From Eledone cirrhosa (taxonomy: Eukaryota): a DNA stretch of 64,000 bases. The translations under genes were made by a program, and so were the position numbers. Numbering within the stretch: position 1 is the stretch's first letter; the number at the start of each line of letters is the position of its first letter. The stretch spans positions 186,001-250,000 of the forward strand of contig OZ024742.1 of the NCBI GenBank assembly GCA_964016885.1, written 5' to 3'. Shown piece by piece: positions 37,355 to 49,700 of this stretch. The notes beneath the pieces were generated by a model. That model was not told where the DNA came from. It ran no database searches and worked only from the letters and a program-made list of their open reading frames with translations.

Positions 37355-39385
37355 TCATTTGTAGCGGAATTTCTTGAGACAGTTATTGCCCAAATCTACC
37401 ACATAAACATACTGCTCCTGGGTAGTGATTAGACCACTGGGCCGCATCAACTTGTCTTCAAAACTGTCAATTGCAAACTGGAAATTTCCATTGGAACTGA
37501 AGATATGCACAACACCTTTCCCCCTGTCTGTTTTTGTAGCAAGGATTAAACCATTAGGGTCAACAGTTATACCTTCATATTGTCCTTTGCCAGTGTTGCT
37601 TACCTGGCGGAGAAACTTGCCATTTTTGTCAAATATTTGTATCCGATGGTCTGATACAAGGATCTGATCATTACAACCGACACACACTGATGTTAATAAT
37701 TTAAACTCTCCTTCTTTACTTCCTTTTTTACCGAATTGTTGAAGGAGATTGCCCTCGGCATCAAATATTAACACCTTGGCTGCTCCCATATCACCAACAA
37801 TAATGTCCCCCTTGCTATTAACAGCCACATCAATAGGCTCCTGGAAATGACTCGACGTAAATTTTGAGAGCAATTCTCCCTCGTTGCTTAGTGTGTACAC
37901 CATTTTGGTGCGCCAATTCACAGTAATGAGGTTTCCAGTTGGACTGACACACACTCCAATGCCACTCTGTCTCTCGAGTGCTTCAGATGTTATGTGGCGC
38001 TCCAGTACCCCATTGCTGTTTAAAACTTTGATGCGGCTGTTACCGGTATCCGAGATAAAAATGGAACCTTCTTTGTCTGTCACAACACGCACCGGTTGTA
38101 TAAAATTGTCCAGTCCTGTCCCCCGACTGCCATACTTCCACATGGGGTTGTTATGGTCACAGACATCTATTGCGTATGGACTGTCTTTGATAGGCCGATC
38201 AAAGATGCTGATACACAACTTCAGCTTACCAGCTTTGGGTGGCACAAAACTTATCTCGTAGGTCCCATCGTCTCGGTCACGGATTTTAGTGTCAATTAAC
38301 TGACCAGAAGCTGAGCGCAGTTCTGTAACAACTGGGTCACAGCCTGTAGTTCGCGGGTTGCCATGGTAATCAACAGTAACAACTGCAATGGTTGAGCGCA
38401 AATGAGTTATGGCTCTGTTAATTTTTGCAGTGGAGAGTGCAGGAAACGTGGTGCTTACTTTAATGCAACCAAAATTAGCAAGCGCATTTGATATGTCCTT
38501 GTATGCATTGTTGTGTTTGAATTCACATTTAATGAAATGATTCTCACGTGGTTCCCCTAAGGTACTGGTAGCGTCAAGTTTCTCATTTAAATCTCCAATC
38601 TTTTTTGTGATGTTCCGAACTTCAACTTGGTACTGTAATCCATCACACTCATTCTGGACTTTCTCTTTCTCTGCCTGAATCAAATCTAATTGTTCCTTGA
38701 GATCTCCCTTCTTGTGCTCCCGGATCTTGCGAACTTTTTGGAGAACTTCATGCCTTCGTTTGTCAATTAAATTAATAAGATCCTGGAAAGTGCGGTTAAT
38801 TGTCTCTATGGCTCTTTCAACACTGTTCTCAAGACGTAACATTTCACCAGATACGTTATCGTAAGCCGTTGTCAAGTTCCCAATGCACAACTGGGCCTTG
38901 TACAGCAGAATCTCTGACATTCGTTTTATTGCTATCGAAAATGGTATCACGGTGTGCTCGCTGGCTCCCTTGCCATAGTGCTCTCCTCCAGTACACAGAG
39001 TGCAAAATACCGTATCACAGGTCTCGCAAAATAACAACTCTTGGGAGGGATGATTGGAACATTTTGGTATGACATCTCGGCGCTGCTGAGACATTAGATC
39101 CAAAAGTTGGTTGACGATAAAACTGGGTGGAAAAGAAGTCACCCCACCTCGTGGGATGTTGATGGTCTCTCGACAGATTGGACAACGAAATGTGCCAGTG
39201 TCGTGGACTTGGGCTTCGACAATGCTCACCAAGCAACTCTTGCACACTGTGTGTGAGCAAGGCAGCAGCTTAGGAGAATGCTCAGCGCTGTCGTAAATGC
39301 AAAGACATGTCCCACATGTCAGAAAACTATCGTTGAAGTCTTCGTAGTTGATTGAAACCGTCTCCACCAGGGTAGATGACATCAT
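37355..39385 (-). CDS. TRIM2: TRIM-NHL E3 ubiquitin ligase, TRIM2/TRIM3-like (RING, B-box, coiled coil, filamin repeat, NHL propeller), 676 aa in one exon; exact orthology not established
   Basis: RING CGTC...LLPCSHTVCKSC...CPIC; B-box CSNH...LFCETC...FCTLC...H...H; filamin DRDDGTYEISFVP...IKDSPY; NHL repeats FIQPVRV...ISDTGNSRIKV, FQEPIDVAVNSKGDIIVGD, RPSGL...VVDLGNNCLKKF. Confidence 0.95.
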   Translation of the reverse strand: MMSSTLVETVSINYEDFNDSFLTCGTCLCIYDSAEHSPKLLPCSHTVCKSCLVSIVEAQVHDTGTFRCPICRETINIPRGGVTSFPPSFIVNQLLDLMSQQRRDVIPKCSNHPSQELLFCETCDTVFCTLCTGGEHYGKGASEHTVIPFSIAIKRMSEILLYKAQLCIGNLTTAYDNVSGEMLRLENSVERAIETINRTFQDLINLIDKRRHEVLQKVRKIREHKKGDLKEQLDLIQAEKEKVQNECDGLQYQVEVRNITKKIGDLNEKLDATSTLGEPRENHFIKCEFKHNNAYKDISNALANFGCIKVSTTFPALSTAKINRAITHLRSTIAVVTVDYHGNPRTTGCDPVVTELRSASGQLIDTKIRDRDDGTYEISFVPPKAGKLKLCISIFDRPIKDSPYAIDVCDHNNPMWKYGSRGTGLDNFIQPVRVVTDKEGSIFISDTGNSRIKVLNSNGVLERHITSEALERQSGIGVCVSPTGNLITVNWRTKMVYTLSNEGELLSKFTSSHFQEPIDVAVNSKGDIIVGDMGAAKVLIFDAEGNLLQQFGKKGSKEGEFKLLTSVCVGCNDQILVSDHRIQIFDKNGKFLRQVSNTGKGQYEGITVDPNGLILATKTDRGKGVVHIFSSNGNFQFAIDSFEDKLMRPSGLITTQEQYVYVVDLGNNCLKKFRYK

Positions 39386-39387
39386 AC

Positions 39388-39412
39388 CTACAACAAGAGA
39401 AAATAATAGAAA
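39388..39412 (-). other. Splice acceptor two nucleotides upstream of the TRIM start codon
   Basis: Minus strand TCTATTATTTTCTCTTGTTGTAG|GTATGATG. Confidence 0.8.
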
Positions 39413-39769
39413 GGGTAAGAATAAAGTTTAAGAAATTTTTGTGTTTAATTACACAAGAAGCTAATTAAGAAATAATTAGTGTATTTTACTCAATAACATA
39501 ACACAACTGGCACTGGAGATAAGATTATCAAATTTGAAGTTTTGTTCAAATGTATTTTAATTGTGGTTACAGAAAATCAGTGAATCTTCTCAACAGTTGG
39601 AGGTTCAATGGGTGGGTGGGTGGATGGGTGCTTACCTGTCAGACAAATGGAGTAAGATTTAAATAGAAACTAAATAGTTAAATACTACAGACTTGTGAAC
39701 ATTTAAAGTCAGAGACCAACATTATATCCAACATAACTACTGAACAATGTGTAGCATTTTAAACATTTT

Positions 39770-39950
39770 TGTCAGAGTTTCTCAGGCGTAGAATTATTAT
39801 TATAAACTGATATAATCAGACTAGTGTCTTCATTTTGGTGGTCACAATATATCAGTTGTTGTACCCTCTGGCCATCTTCAGAGATATTATCATTATGATA
39901 CACTGATATACACAGACTAGTTTCCCTCACCTTGGTTGTCACAGTCAATT
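39770..39950 (-). mobile_element. Possible Penelope-like-element-derived repeat with a decayed minimal hammerhead motif
   Basis: Minus strand CTGAAGA-tggccagagggtacaacaact-GATA-tattgtgac (39841-39881) within an approximately 95-bp direct duplication (actgatata...cagactagt...ttggt.gtcaca). Confidence 0.4.
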
Positions 39951-40497
39951 TAAAAACCAAGATAATGACAATTTAGACATAAAACTATAATATATTGAGA
40001 TAAACATCGTATTTTCTGTATCAGATAATTTATACAAAAAGTTCAACAACGGAGTATATTTTTTCTCATTCAATAACATTAATAAAATAATCAAAGATTA
40101 TATTGACAGGCATTACATATGCACATGTGTGTGTGCATGCGTGTATATATATATCATCACCATATATATATATGTATATGTACACACACATACATCGCCA
40201 TAATGCTTTAAGGCAGATTAAAAGCTGCAAATAACATTCACTGGAAAGAGAGCTCAATATACATGTAGAGTGTAAATACTTCATAAGACAGAAACAGAAA
40301 ATGAATGTAACCCCCACCTTTTGCCAACAACAGCTCATCAGACAATGACTGTGACAGTCACTCAGTATTGTTGTCTAATAATAATGAGGCTTATAGATTT
40401 AGGGATTCTGTTGTCCCAAACAAAGAATTAATAAGAAAAATCCTTCATAAAAATGTCAAACTTGAACAGTCAGGTATGTGTGTGCGTGTGTGTGGTT

Positions 40498-42570
40498 CCA
40501 TCTGACCAGGCTATGGTGTGGCCAGTTGACCAAGCTATGGTGTGGCCAGCTGACCAAGCTATGGTGTGGCCAGTTGACCAAGCTATGGTGTGGCCAGCTG
40601 ACCAAGCTATGGTGTGCCCATCTGACCAGGCTATGGTGTGGCCAGCTGACCAAGCTATGGTGTCCCCATCTGACCAGGCTATGGTGTGGCCAGCTGACCA
40701 AGCTATGGTGTGGCCAGCTGACCAAGCTATGGTGTGGCCAGTTGACCAAGCTATGGTGTGCCCACCTGACCAAGCTATGGTGTGGCCAGCTGACCAAGCT
40801 ATGGTGTGGCCAGCTGACCAAGCTATGGTGTGCCCATCTGACCAAGCTATGGTGTGCCCACCTGACCAAGCTATGATGTGGCCAGTTGACCAAGCTATGG
40901 TGTGCCCATCTGACCAAGCTATGGTGTGGCTATCTGACCAAGCTATGGTGTGCCCATCTGACCAAGCTATGGTGTGCCCATCTGACCAAGCTATGGTGTG
41001 CCCATCTGACCAAGCTATGGTGTGGCCATCTGACCAAGCTATGGTGTGCCCACCTGACCAAGCTATGGTGTGGCCAGCTGACCAAGCTATGGTGTGGCCA
41101 GCTGACCAAGCTATGGTGTGCCCATCTGACCAAGCTATGGTGTGCCCATCTGACCAAGCTACGATGTGGCCAGCTGACCAAGCTATGATGTGGCCAGCTG
41201 ACCAAGCTATGATGTGGCCAGCTGACCAAGCTATGGTGTGGCCATCTGACCAAGCTATGGTGTCCATCTGACCAAGCTATGGTGTGGACAGTTGACCAAG
41301 CTATGGTGTCTCCATCTGACCAAGATATGGTGTGCCCATCTGACCAAGATATGATGTGGCCAGCTGACCAAGCTATGGTGTGGCCAGCTGACCAAGCTAT
41401 GATGTGGCCAGCTGATCAAGCTATGGTGTGTCCATCTGACCAAGCTATGGTGTGCCCATCTGACCAAGCTATGGTGTGGCCAGCTGATCAAGCTATGGTG
41501 TGTCCATCTGACCAAGCTATGGTGTGCCCATCTGACCAAGCTATGGTGTGGCCAGCTGATCAAGCTATGGTGTGCCCATCTGACCAAGCTATGGTGTGGC
41601 CAGCTGATCAAGCTATGGTGTGTCCATCTGACCAAGCTATGGTGTGGCCAGCTGACCAAGCTATGGTGTGCCCATCTGACCAAGCTATGATGTGGCCAGC
41701 TGACCAATCTATGGTGTGTCCATCTGACCAAGCTATGATGTGGCCAGCTGACCAAGCTATGATGTGCCCATCTGACCAAGCTATGGTGTGGCCATCTGAC
41801 AAAGCTATGGTGTGCCCATCTGACCAAGCTATGGTGTCCCCATCTGACCAAGCTATGATGTGGCCAGCTGACCAAGCTATGATGTGCCCATCTGACCAAG
41901 CTATGGTGTGGCCATCTGACAAAGCTATGGTGTGCCCATCTGACCAAGCTATGGTGTGGCCATCTGACAAAGCTATGATGTGCCCATCTGACCAAGCTAT
42001 GGTGTGGCCATCTGACAAAGCTATGGTGTCCCCATCTGACCAAGCTATGGTGTGGCCAGCTGACCAAGCTATGATGTGGCCAGCTGATCAAGCTATGGTG
42101 TGGCCAGCTGACCAAGCTATGGTGTGGCCAGCTGACCAAGCTATGGTGAGGCCAGCTGACCAAGCTATGATGTGGCCAGCTGACCAAGCTATGATGTGCC
42201 CATCTGACCAAGCTATGGTGTGGCCATCTGACAAAGCTATGGTGTGCCCATTTGACCAAGATATGATGTGGCCAGCTGACCAAGCTATGGTGTGGACAGT
42301 TGACTAAGCTATGGTGTCCCTATCTGACGAAGATATGATGTGGCCAGCTGACCAAGCTATGGTGTGGACAGTTGACTAAGCTATGGTGTCCCCATCTGAC
42401 CAAGATATGATGTGGCCAGCTGACCAAGCTATGATGTGGCCAGCTGACCAAGCTATGATGTGGCCAGCTGACCAAGCTATGATGTGGCCAGCTGACCAAG
42501 GTATGATGTGGCCAGCTGACCAAGCTATGGTGTGGCCAGCTGACCAAGATATGGTGTGGCCAGCTGACCA
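40498..42570. repeat. 24-bp minisatellite (CTGACCAAGCTATGGTGTGGCCAG), about 86 copies
   Basis: Direct periodicity; explains the DQAMVWPA-type ORFs in several frames. Confidence 0.98.
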
Positions 42571-42574
42571 AACT

Positions 42575-42740
42575 TGTTTCATGACGTGAACGACTCATCA
42601 AACCCATGCAAGCATGGATAAATAGCCATTAAACGGTGATGATGTTGAGTAGGGAGGGCTCTTCAGCCTCGCTGGTGTCACAATAAAAGATACCTTGAAC
42701 ACTCTGTAAAACAGTGGGTGTTAGGGCTTCAGTTCTAGAA
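42575..42740 (+). mobile_element. Degenerate RTE 3'-tail fragments
   Basis: AACCCATGCAAGCATGG...TTAAACGGTGATGATG directly after the 24-bp array. Confidence 0.6.
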
Positions 42741-42898
42741 ACAACACTAAAAGTATTGAGTGGATTCTCCGGTCATGTTACAGCAACCTCTCTAGGGCCG
42801 GTGCCACAAATAATTCCTTCAGTTGTAGAAAGCAAGAGTTAATAACACTCTTCAGCTATATTGAAAACACAGCAACCTCCTTAGTACTAATTTAAAAA

Positions 42899-43148
42899 AT
42901 CTGTCTTGAGTCGGTGTTTATCCCAGTTTCGATGGCGTTAAGCAACTGAGAGTACAAGACTCTCCCCTGGACAGGACACCAGTCCATCAGATGGTTAAAC
43001 CCCTAGCTATTGCTGGTAGTCATTTTCAGCTGAGTATACTGGAGTAATGCAAAATGAAGGGTTTTGCTCAAGAACACAACAAATAACCCAGGAATCAAAC
43101 CTACAACATTATGATCATAAGTACAACAGCCATACCACTAGGTCATGA
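42899..43148 (-). mobile_element. tRNA-derived SINE, family B
   Basis: Homologous to 27870-28046 and to the reverse complement of 46508-46750. Confidence 0.82.
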
Positions 43149-43709
43149 ACATAGCACTAATGTACCCAGTGTAATCTGTAGAATGTGGGACTGAAGCAAG
43201 AAACAAGTCCCCAGCCTATCTGAGAGGTCAGTAGCTGCAGTTAAGTACTGACTTGACCTAAAACAACCCATCTAATGCTTGTTGGTAGAGAACATGATTA
43301 GACGATGATGATGATGACATACATACACACATGTACGTACACATATATACATACACATATATACATACACATATGTACAATCACATATGTACAATCACAT
43401 ATGTACATATACACACATATGTAAATATTACTAAATCCCTTTCAAATTAGTATTTTACAAGGGTTATGTATTTCATTAAAGATATATATGGTAACAAAGA
43501 AGTTCAAATGAATCTTTAAAATGGCAGACACGAAGTAAGTTCTACAACAGAAACTGAAATTTAATTTGGTCATTTTAAATAGTTTTAGTAAATCACCTCA
43601 AAATGAAGTATTTGAAACTTGGGAATGTCAAATTTAATTTCATCAAAATAGACAAAATAACAAATAATTGGGCAAATCTTGAAAGACATTAACATGTATT
43701 ACCATTGTC

Positions 43710-43852
43710 ACCTCTCTCTCTCACTATCTCTCTCTCTCTCTCTCTGTTTATCTATGTGTATGTATCTACCTATCTGTCTATCCATCCATCTATCTCTCTA
43801 CCTCTCTCTATATCTAACTATCTCTCTACCTCTGTCGCTATCTCTCTCTCTA
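43710..43852. repeat. CT/CTAT-rich microsatellite
   Basis: Direct inspection. Confidence 0.85.
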
Positions 43853-43945
43853 CCAATCAGAATGAGTGAAAGAAACTACAAATAGAAAACTTCTTTTGTG
43901 ATTCTCAGATCAAAACTATCAGATTTCAGAGATTAATTTATTAAT

Positions 43946-44135
43946 TGTTTCTACTTTAGGCACAAGGCCAGCAATTACCCAGTGCATTACTGGTACTTTA
44001 TTTTATCGACCCCGTAAGGATGAAAGGCAAAGTCAACCTCGGCGGGATTTGAACTCAGATCGTAAAGGGACGTAACTATGATAGAAAGCATGGCGTCCAA
44101 CCCTCCACCGATACTGCCAATCCACCGCCCTCGGT
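43946..44135 (-). mobile_element. Full-length young SINE, family A, with a 15-bp TSD
   Basis: GATTAATTTATTAAT at 43931-43945 and 44136-44150; intact A and B boxes. Confidence 0.93.
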
Positions 44136-44178
44136 GATTAATTTATTAATAAAGGTCAGAGATGAGAGAATATGGCAC

Positions 44179-44355
<177 letters not shown>

Positions 44356-44431
44356 CCCATGAATGTGGAGATCAAGTTTAGCAGGCAGTGGTTACAATTT
44401 TTTTTTTTTTTTTCTTTTTTTAGAGTGTTAC

Positions 44432-45012
44432 TTAACCCTCATTACCATATTTCTAATGAAAGACACTGTCTATGTCATTATCCCTTTCATTACCAATTTT
44501 TCTAATGAAAGACACTGTCTATGTCTTTAACCCTTTCATTACCATGTTTCTAATGAGAGGCGCTGTCTATGTCTTTAACCCTTTCATTGCCATATTTCTA
44601 ATGAAAGACACTGTCTATGTCTTTAACCCTTTCATTACCATATTTCTAATGAAAGACACTGTCTATGTCATTAATCCTTTCATTACCATATTTCTAATGA
44701 AAGACTGTCTATGTCTTTAACCCTTCCATTACCATATTTCTAATGAAAGACACTGTCTATGTCTTTAACCCTTTCATTACCATATTTCTAATGAAAGACA
44801 CTGTCTATGTCTTTAACCCTTTCATTACCATATTTCTAATGAAGACACTGCCTATGTCATTAACTCTTTCATTACCATATTTCTAATGAAGACACTGTCT
44901 ATGTCATTAATCCTTTCATTACCATATTTCTAATGAAAGACACTGTCTATGTCTGTAACCCTTTCATTACCATATTTCTAATGAAAGACAGTCATTAACC
45001 CTTTCATTACCA
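44432..45012. repeat. 48-bp minisatellite (TTAACCCTTTCATTACCATATTTCTAATGAAAGACACTGTCTATGTCT), about 12 copies
   Basis: Direct periodicity; 16-aa periodicity in ORF 44472-44720. Confidence 0.96.
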
Positions 45013-45460
45013 CAGAAGGAATGAAAAGGAAAAATAATGTGTTTTTGTGTATATATTTTTTAGATGTCTAAAACAACTCTTCTAAGATGTATTAGCAAAT
45101 ATTAATTATCACTAATTAATGATAAAAATATATATTTATTTTACAAAATGACTTTATATCACTTTTACAGGTTATTCTCTGAAATTTTGCATAACAAAAT
45201 GTTGTGAAATTGCTGACATTATAACAATTGCAGAATTATTAAAAGAGAAAAATATAGTTTCTAACCTTGAAAGTAGTCTACACACAGGTAGACAATAACC
45301 GATTTTCCAGCACCTTTGGTTCAAAACCTCTACCAGATTAACTATTTCACCAGACTAGAAGAAGTCATATAGTAATTATTCAGTAGAAATTTCTAGGAGA
45401 CTCCCACTATTACACACTTCATTAATCTATACTGTCTCAGAAATATTCCATCATGAAAAA

Positions 45461-46331
45461 CAGTAGTACAGTTCTACCAATTCCAGTACTGGTATAGACC
45501 TGTCTATACTACAGTAGTACAGTTCTACCAATTCCAGTACTGGTATAGACCTGTCTATACTACAGTAGTACAGTTCTACCAATTCCAGTACTGGTATAGA
45601 CCTGTCTATACTACAGTAGTACAGTTCTACCAATTCCAGTACTGGTATAGACCTGTCTATACTACAGTAGTACAGTTCTACCAATTCCAGTACTGGTATA
45701 GACCTGTCTATACTACAGTAGTACAGTTCTACCAATTCCAGTACTGGTATAGACCTGTCTATACTACAGTAGTACAGTTCTACCAATTCCAGTACTGATA
45801 TAGACCTGTCTATACTACAGTAGTACAGTTCTACCAATTCCAGTACTGGTATAGACCTGTCTATACTACAGTAGTACAGTTCTACCAATTCCAGTACTGG
45901 TATAGACCTGTCTATACTACAGTAGTACAGTTCTACCAATTCCAGTACTGGTATAGACCTGTCTATACTACAGTAGTACAGTTCTACCAATTCCAGTACT
46001 GGTATAGACCTGTCTTTACTACAGTAGTACAGTTCTACCAATTCCAGTACTGGTATAGACCTGTCTATACTACAGTAGTACAGTTCTACCAATTCCAGTA
46101 CTGGTATAGACCTGTCTATACTACAGTAGTACAGTTCTACCAATTCCAGTACTGATATAGACCTGTCTATACTACAGTAGTACAGTTCTACCAATTCCAG
46201 TACTGATATAGACCTGTCTATACTACAGTAGTACAGTTCTACCAATTCCAGTACTGGTATAGACCTGTCTTTACTACAGTAGTACAGTTCTACCAATTCC
46301 AGTACTGGTATAGACCTGTCTTTACTACAGT
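45461..46331. repeat. 51-bp palindrome-rich minisatellite, about 17 copies
   Basis: CAGTAGTACAGTTCTACCAATTCCAGTACTGGTATAGACCTGTCTATACTA. Confidence 0.98.
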
Positions 46332-46507
46332 ATATAAACTATACTACACTTATATAGACCTATCGGTGCGACATTAGTAAGCCATCTATCACTGTAGTGA
46401 GAGTCTACATTGAGTAATGACAATTGTTAACCAGGTAAGGGTTAGTTTCTGTAGTTGAAGTAGACGGCATAATGAACTGTAAATAGCCATTTTAACAACA
46501 TGCTAAG

Positions 46508-46750
46508 TGGAGGCACGTGGCCTAGCCGTAAGGTTGTTGGACTTACAATCATAATGTTGTGGCTTTGATTCCTGGTCTGGGCTGTGTGTTGTGTTCTTGA
46601 GCAAAATGAATACCAGCAATAGCTGGGGGTTTAACCCTGTGATGGACTGGCGTCCTCTCCAAGGGGAAGTCTTATATTGATAGTCGCTTCATGCCATATA
46701 TATCGGGATAAGAACCAGTGTATTGAGCCTCTGGGGTTGAGACAGACTTT
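46508..46750 (+). mobile_element. tRNA-derived SINE, family B
   Basis: TGGAGGCACGTGGCCTAGCCG head, degenerate B-box, AACCCTGTGATGGACTGGCGTCC segment; abuts the 31-bp array. Confidence 0.82.
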
Positions 46751-49700
46751 AGACCACCAGGTAGACCACACACTCACCTGTAGACCACCAGGTAGACCAC
46801 ACACTCACCTGTATACCACCAGGTAGACCACACACTCACCTGTATACCACCAGGTAGACCACACACTCACATGTATACCACCAGGTAGACCACACACTCA
46901 CATGTATACCACCAGGTAGACCACACACTCACCTGTAGACCACACACTCACCTGTAGACCACCAGGTAGACCACACACTCACCTGTATACCACCAAGTAG
47001 ACCACACACTCACATGTAGACCACCAGGTAGACCACACATTCACCTGTAGACCACACACTCACATGTAGACCACCAGGTAGACCACACACTCACATGTAT
47101 ACCACCAGGTAGACCACACACTCACCTGTAGACCACACACTCACCTGTAGACCACCAGGTAGACCACACACTCACCTGTATACCAGCAGGTAGACCACAC
47201 ACTCACATGTAGACCACCAGGTAGACCACACATTCACCTGTAGACCACACACTCACATGTAGACCACCAGGTAGAACACACACTCACATGTATACCACAC
47301 ACTCACCTGTATACCACCAGGTAGACCACACACTCACCTGTAGACCATACACACACCTGTATATCACCAGGTAGACCACACACTCACCTGTATACCACAC
47401 ACTCACCTGTATACCACCAGGTAGACCACACACTCACATGTAGACCACACACTCACCTGTAGACCACCAGGTAGACCACACACTCACCTGTAGACCACCA
47501 GGTAGAGCACACACTCACCTGTAGACCACACACTCACCTGTATACCACCAGGTAGACCACACACTCACATGTATACCACCAGGTAGACCACACACTCATC
47601 TGTAGACCACCAGGTAGACCACACACTCACATGTAGACCACCAGGTAGACCACACACTCACATGTAGACCACCAGGTAGACCACACACTCACCTGTAGAC
47701 CACACACTCATCTGTATACCACCAGGTAGACCACACACACTCACTTGTATACCACCTGGTAGACCACACACTCACCTATATACCACCAGGTAAATCATAC
47801 ACTCACCTGTATACCACACACTCACCTGTAGACCACACACTCACCTGTATACCACCAGGTAGACCACACACTCACCTGTAGACCACACACTCACCTGTAT
47901 ACCACCAGGTAGACCACACACTCACCTGTAGACCATACACACACCTGTATATCTCCAGGTAGACCACACACTCACCTGTATACCACACACACACCTGTAT
48001 ACCACCAGGTAGACCACACACTCACATGTATACCACCAGGTAGACCACACACTCACATGTAGACCACCAGGTAGACCACACACTCACCTGTAGACCACCA
48101 GGTAGACCACACACTCACCTGTATACCACCAAGTAGACCACACACTCACATGTAGACCACCAGGTAGAACACACACTCACCTGTAGACCATACACTCACA
48201 TGTATACCACCAGGTAGACCACACACTCACATGTAGACCACCAGGTAGACCACACACTCACCTGTAGACCACCAGGTAGACCACACACTCACATGTAGAC
48301 CACCAGGTAGACCACACACTCACATGTAGACCACCAGGTAGACCACACACTCACCTGTAGACCACCAGGTAAACCACACACTCACATGTAGACCACCAGG
48401 TAGACCACACACTCACATGTAGACCACCAGGTAGAACACACACTCACCTGTAGACCATACACACACCTGGATATCACCAGGTAGACCACACACTCACCTG
48501 TATACCACACACTCACCTGTATACCACCAGGTAGACCACACACTCACCTGTAGACCACCAGGTAGACCACACACTCACCTGTAGACCACACACTCATCTG
48601 TATACCACCAGGTAGACCACACACACTCACTTGTATACCACCTGGTAGACCACACACTCACCTATATACCACCAGGTAAATCATACACTCACCTGTATAC
48701 CACCAGGTAAACCATACACTCACCTATATACCACCAGGTAAACCATACACTCACCTATATACCACCAGGTAGACCACACACTCACCTGTATACCACCAGG
48801 TAAACCATACACTCACCTGTAGACCACACACTCACCTATATACCACCAGGTAAATCATACACTCACCTATATACCACCAGGTAAACCATACACTCACCTG
48901 TAGACCACACACTCACCTATATACCACCAGGTAAATCATACACTCACCTATATACCACCAGGTAAACCATACACTCACCTGTAGACCACACACTCACCTA
49001 TATACCACCAGGTAGACCACACACTCACCTGTATACCACCAGGTAAACCATACACTCACCTGTAGACCACACACTCACCTATATACCACCAGGTAAATCA
49101 TACTCACCTATATACCACCAGGTAAACCATACACTCACCTGTAGACCACACACTCACCTATATACCACCAGGTAAATCATACACTCACCTATATACCACC
49201 AGGTAAACCATACACTCACCTGTAGACCACACACTCACCTGTATACCACCAGGTAAACCATACACTCACCTGTAGACCACACACTCACCTATATACCACC
49301 AGGTAAACCATACACTCACCTATATACCACCAGGTAAACCATACACTCACCTGTAGACCACACACTCACCTATATACCACCAGGTAAATCATACACTCAC
49401 CTGTATACCACCAGGTAAACCATACACTCACCTATATACCACCAGGTAAATCATACACTCACCTGTATACCACCAGGTAAACCATACACTCACCTATATA
49501 CCACCATGTAAACCATACACTCACCTGTAGACCACACACTCACCTGTATACCACCAGGTAAACCATACACTCACCTGTATACCACCAGGTAAACCATACA
49601 CCCACCTATATACCACCAGGTAAACCAAACACTCACCTATATACCACCAGGTAAACCATACACTCACCTGTAGACCACACACTCACCTATATACCACCAG

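Noticed and set aside
28886-39296. Antisense and overlapping ORFs on the LINE copies and the TRIM gene
   Set aside because: Shadow frames of real coding sequence with no recognisable motifs.
40498-42570. Common ancestry of the 24-bp and 37-bp arrays (shared TGGTCAG...CTG.GG)
   Set aside because: The shared stretch is too short to distinguish from chance or convergence on palindromic motifs.
40453-42607. DQAMVWPA and WPHHSLV repeat proteins
   Set aside because: Open in several frames on both strands because the 24-bp unit lacks stops; a 2-bp deletion near 41265 breaks the frame; no flanking domains.
45451-46296. 281-aa Cys/Tyr repeat ORF
   Set aside because: Coincides exactly with the 51-bp array; non-ATG start and no coding signature.
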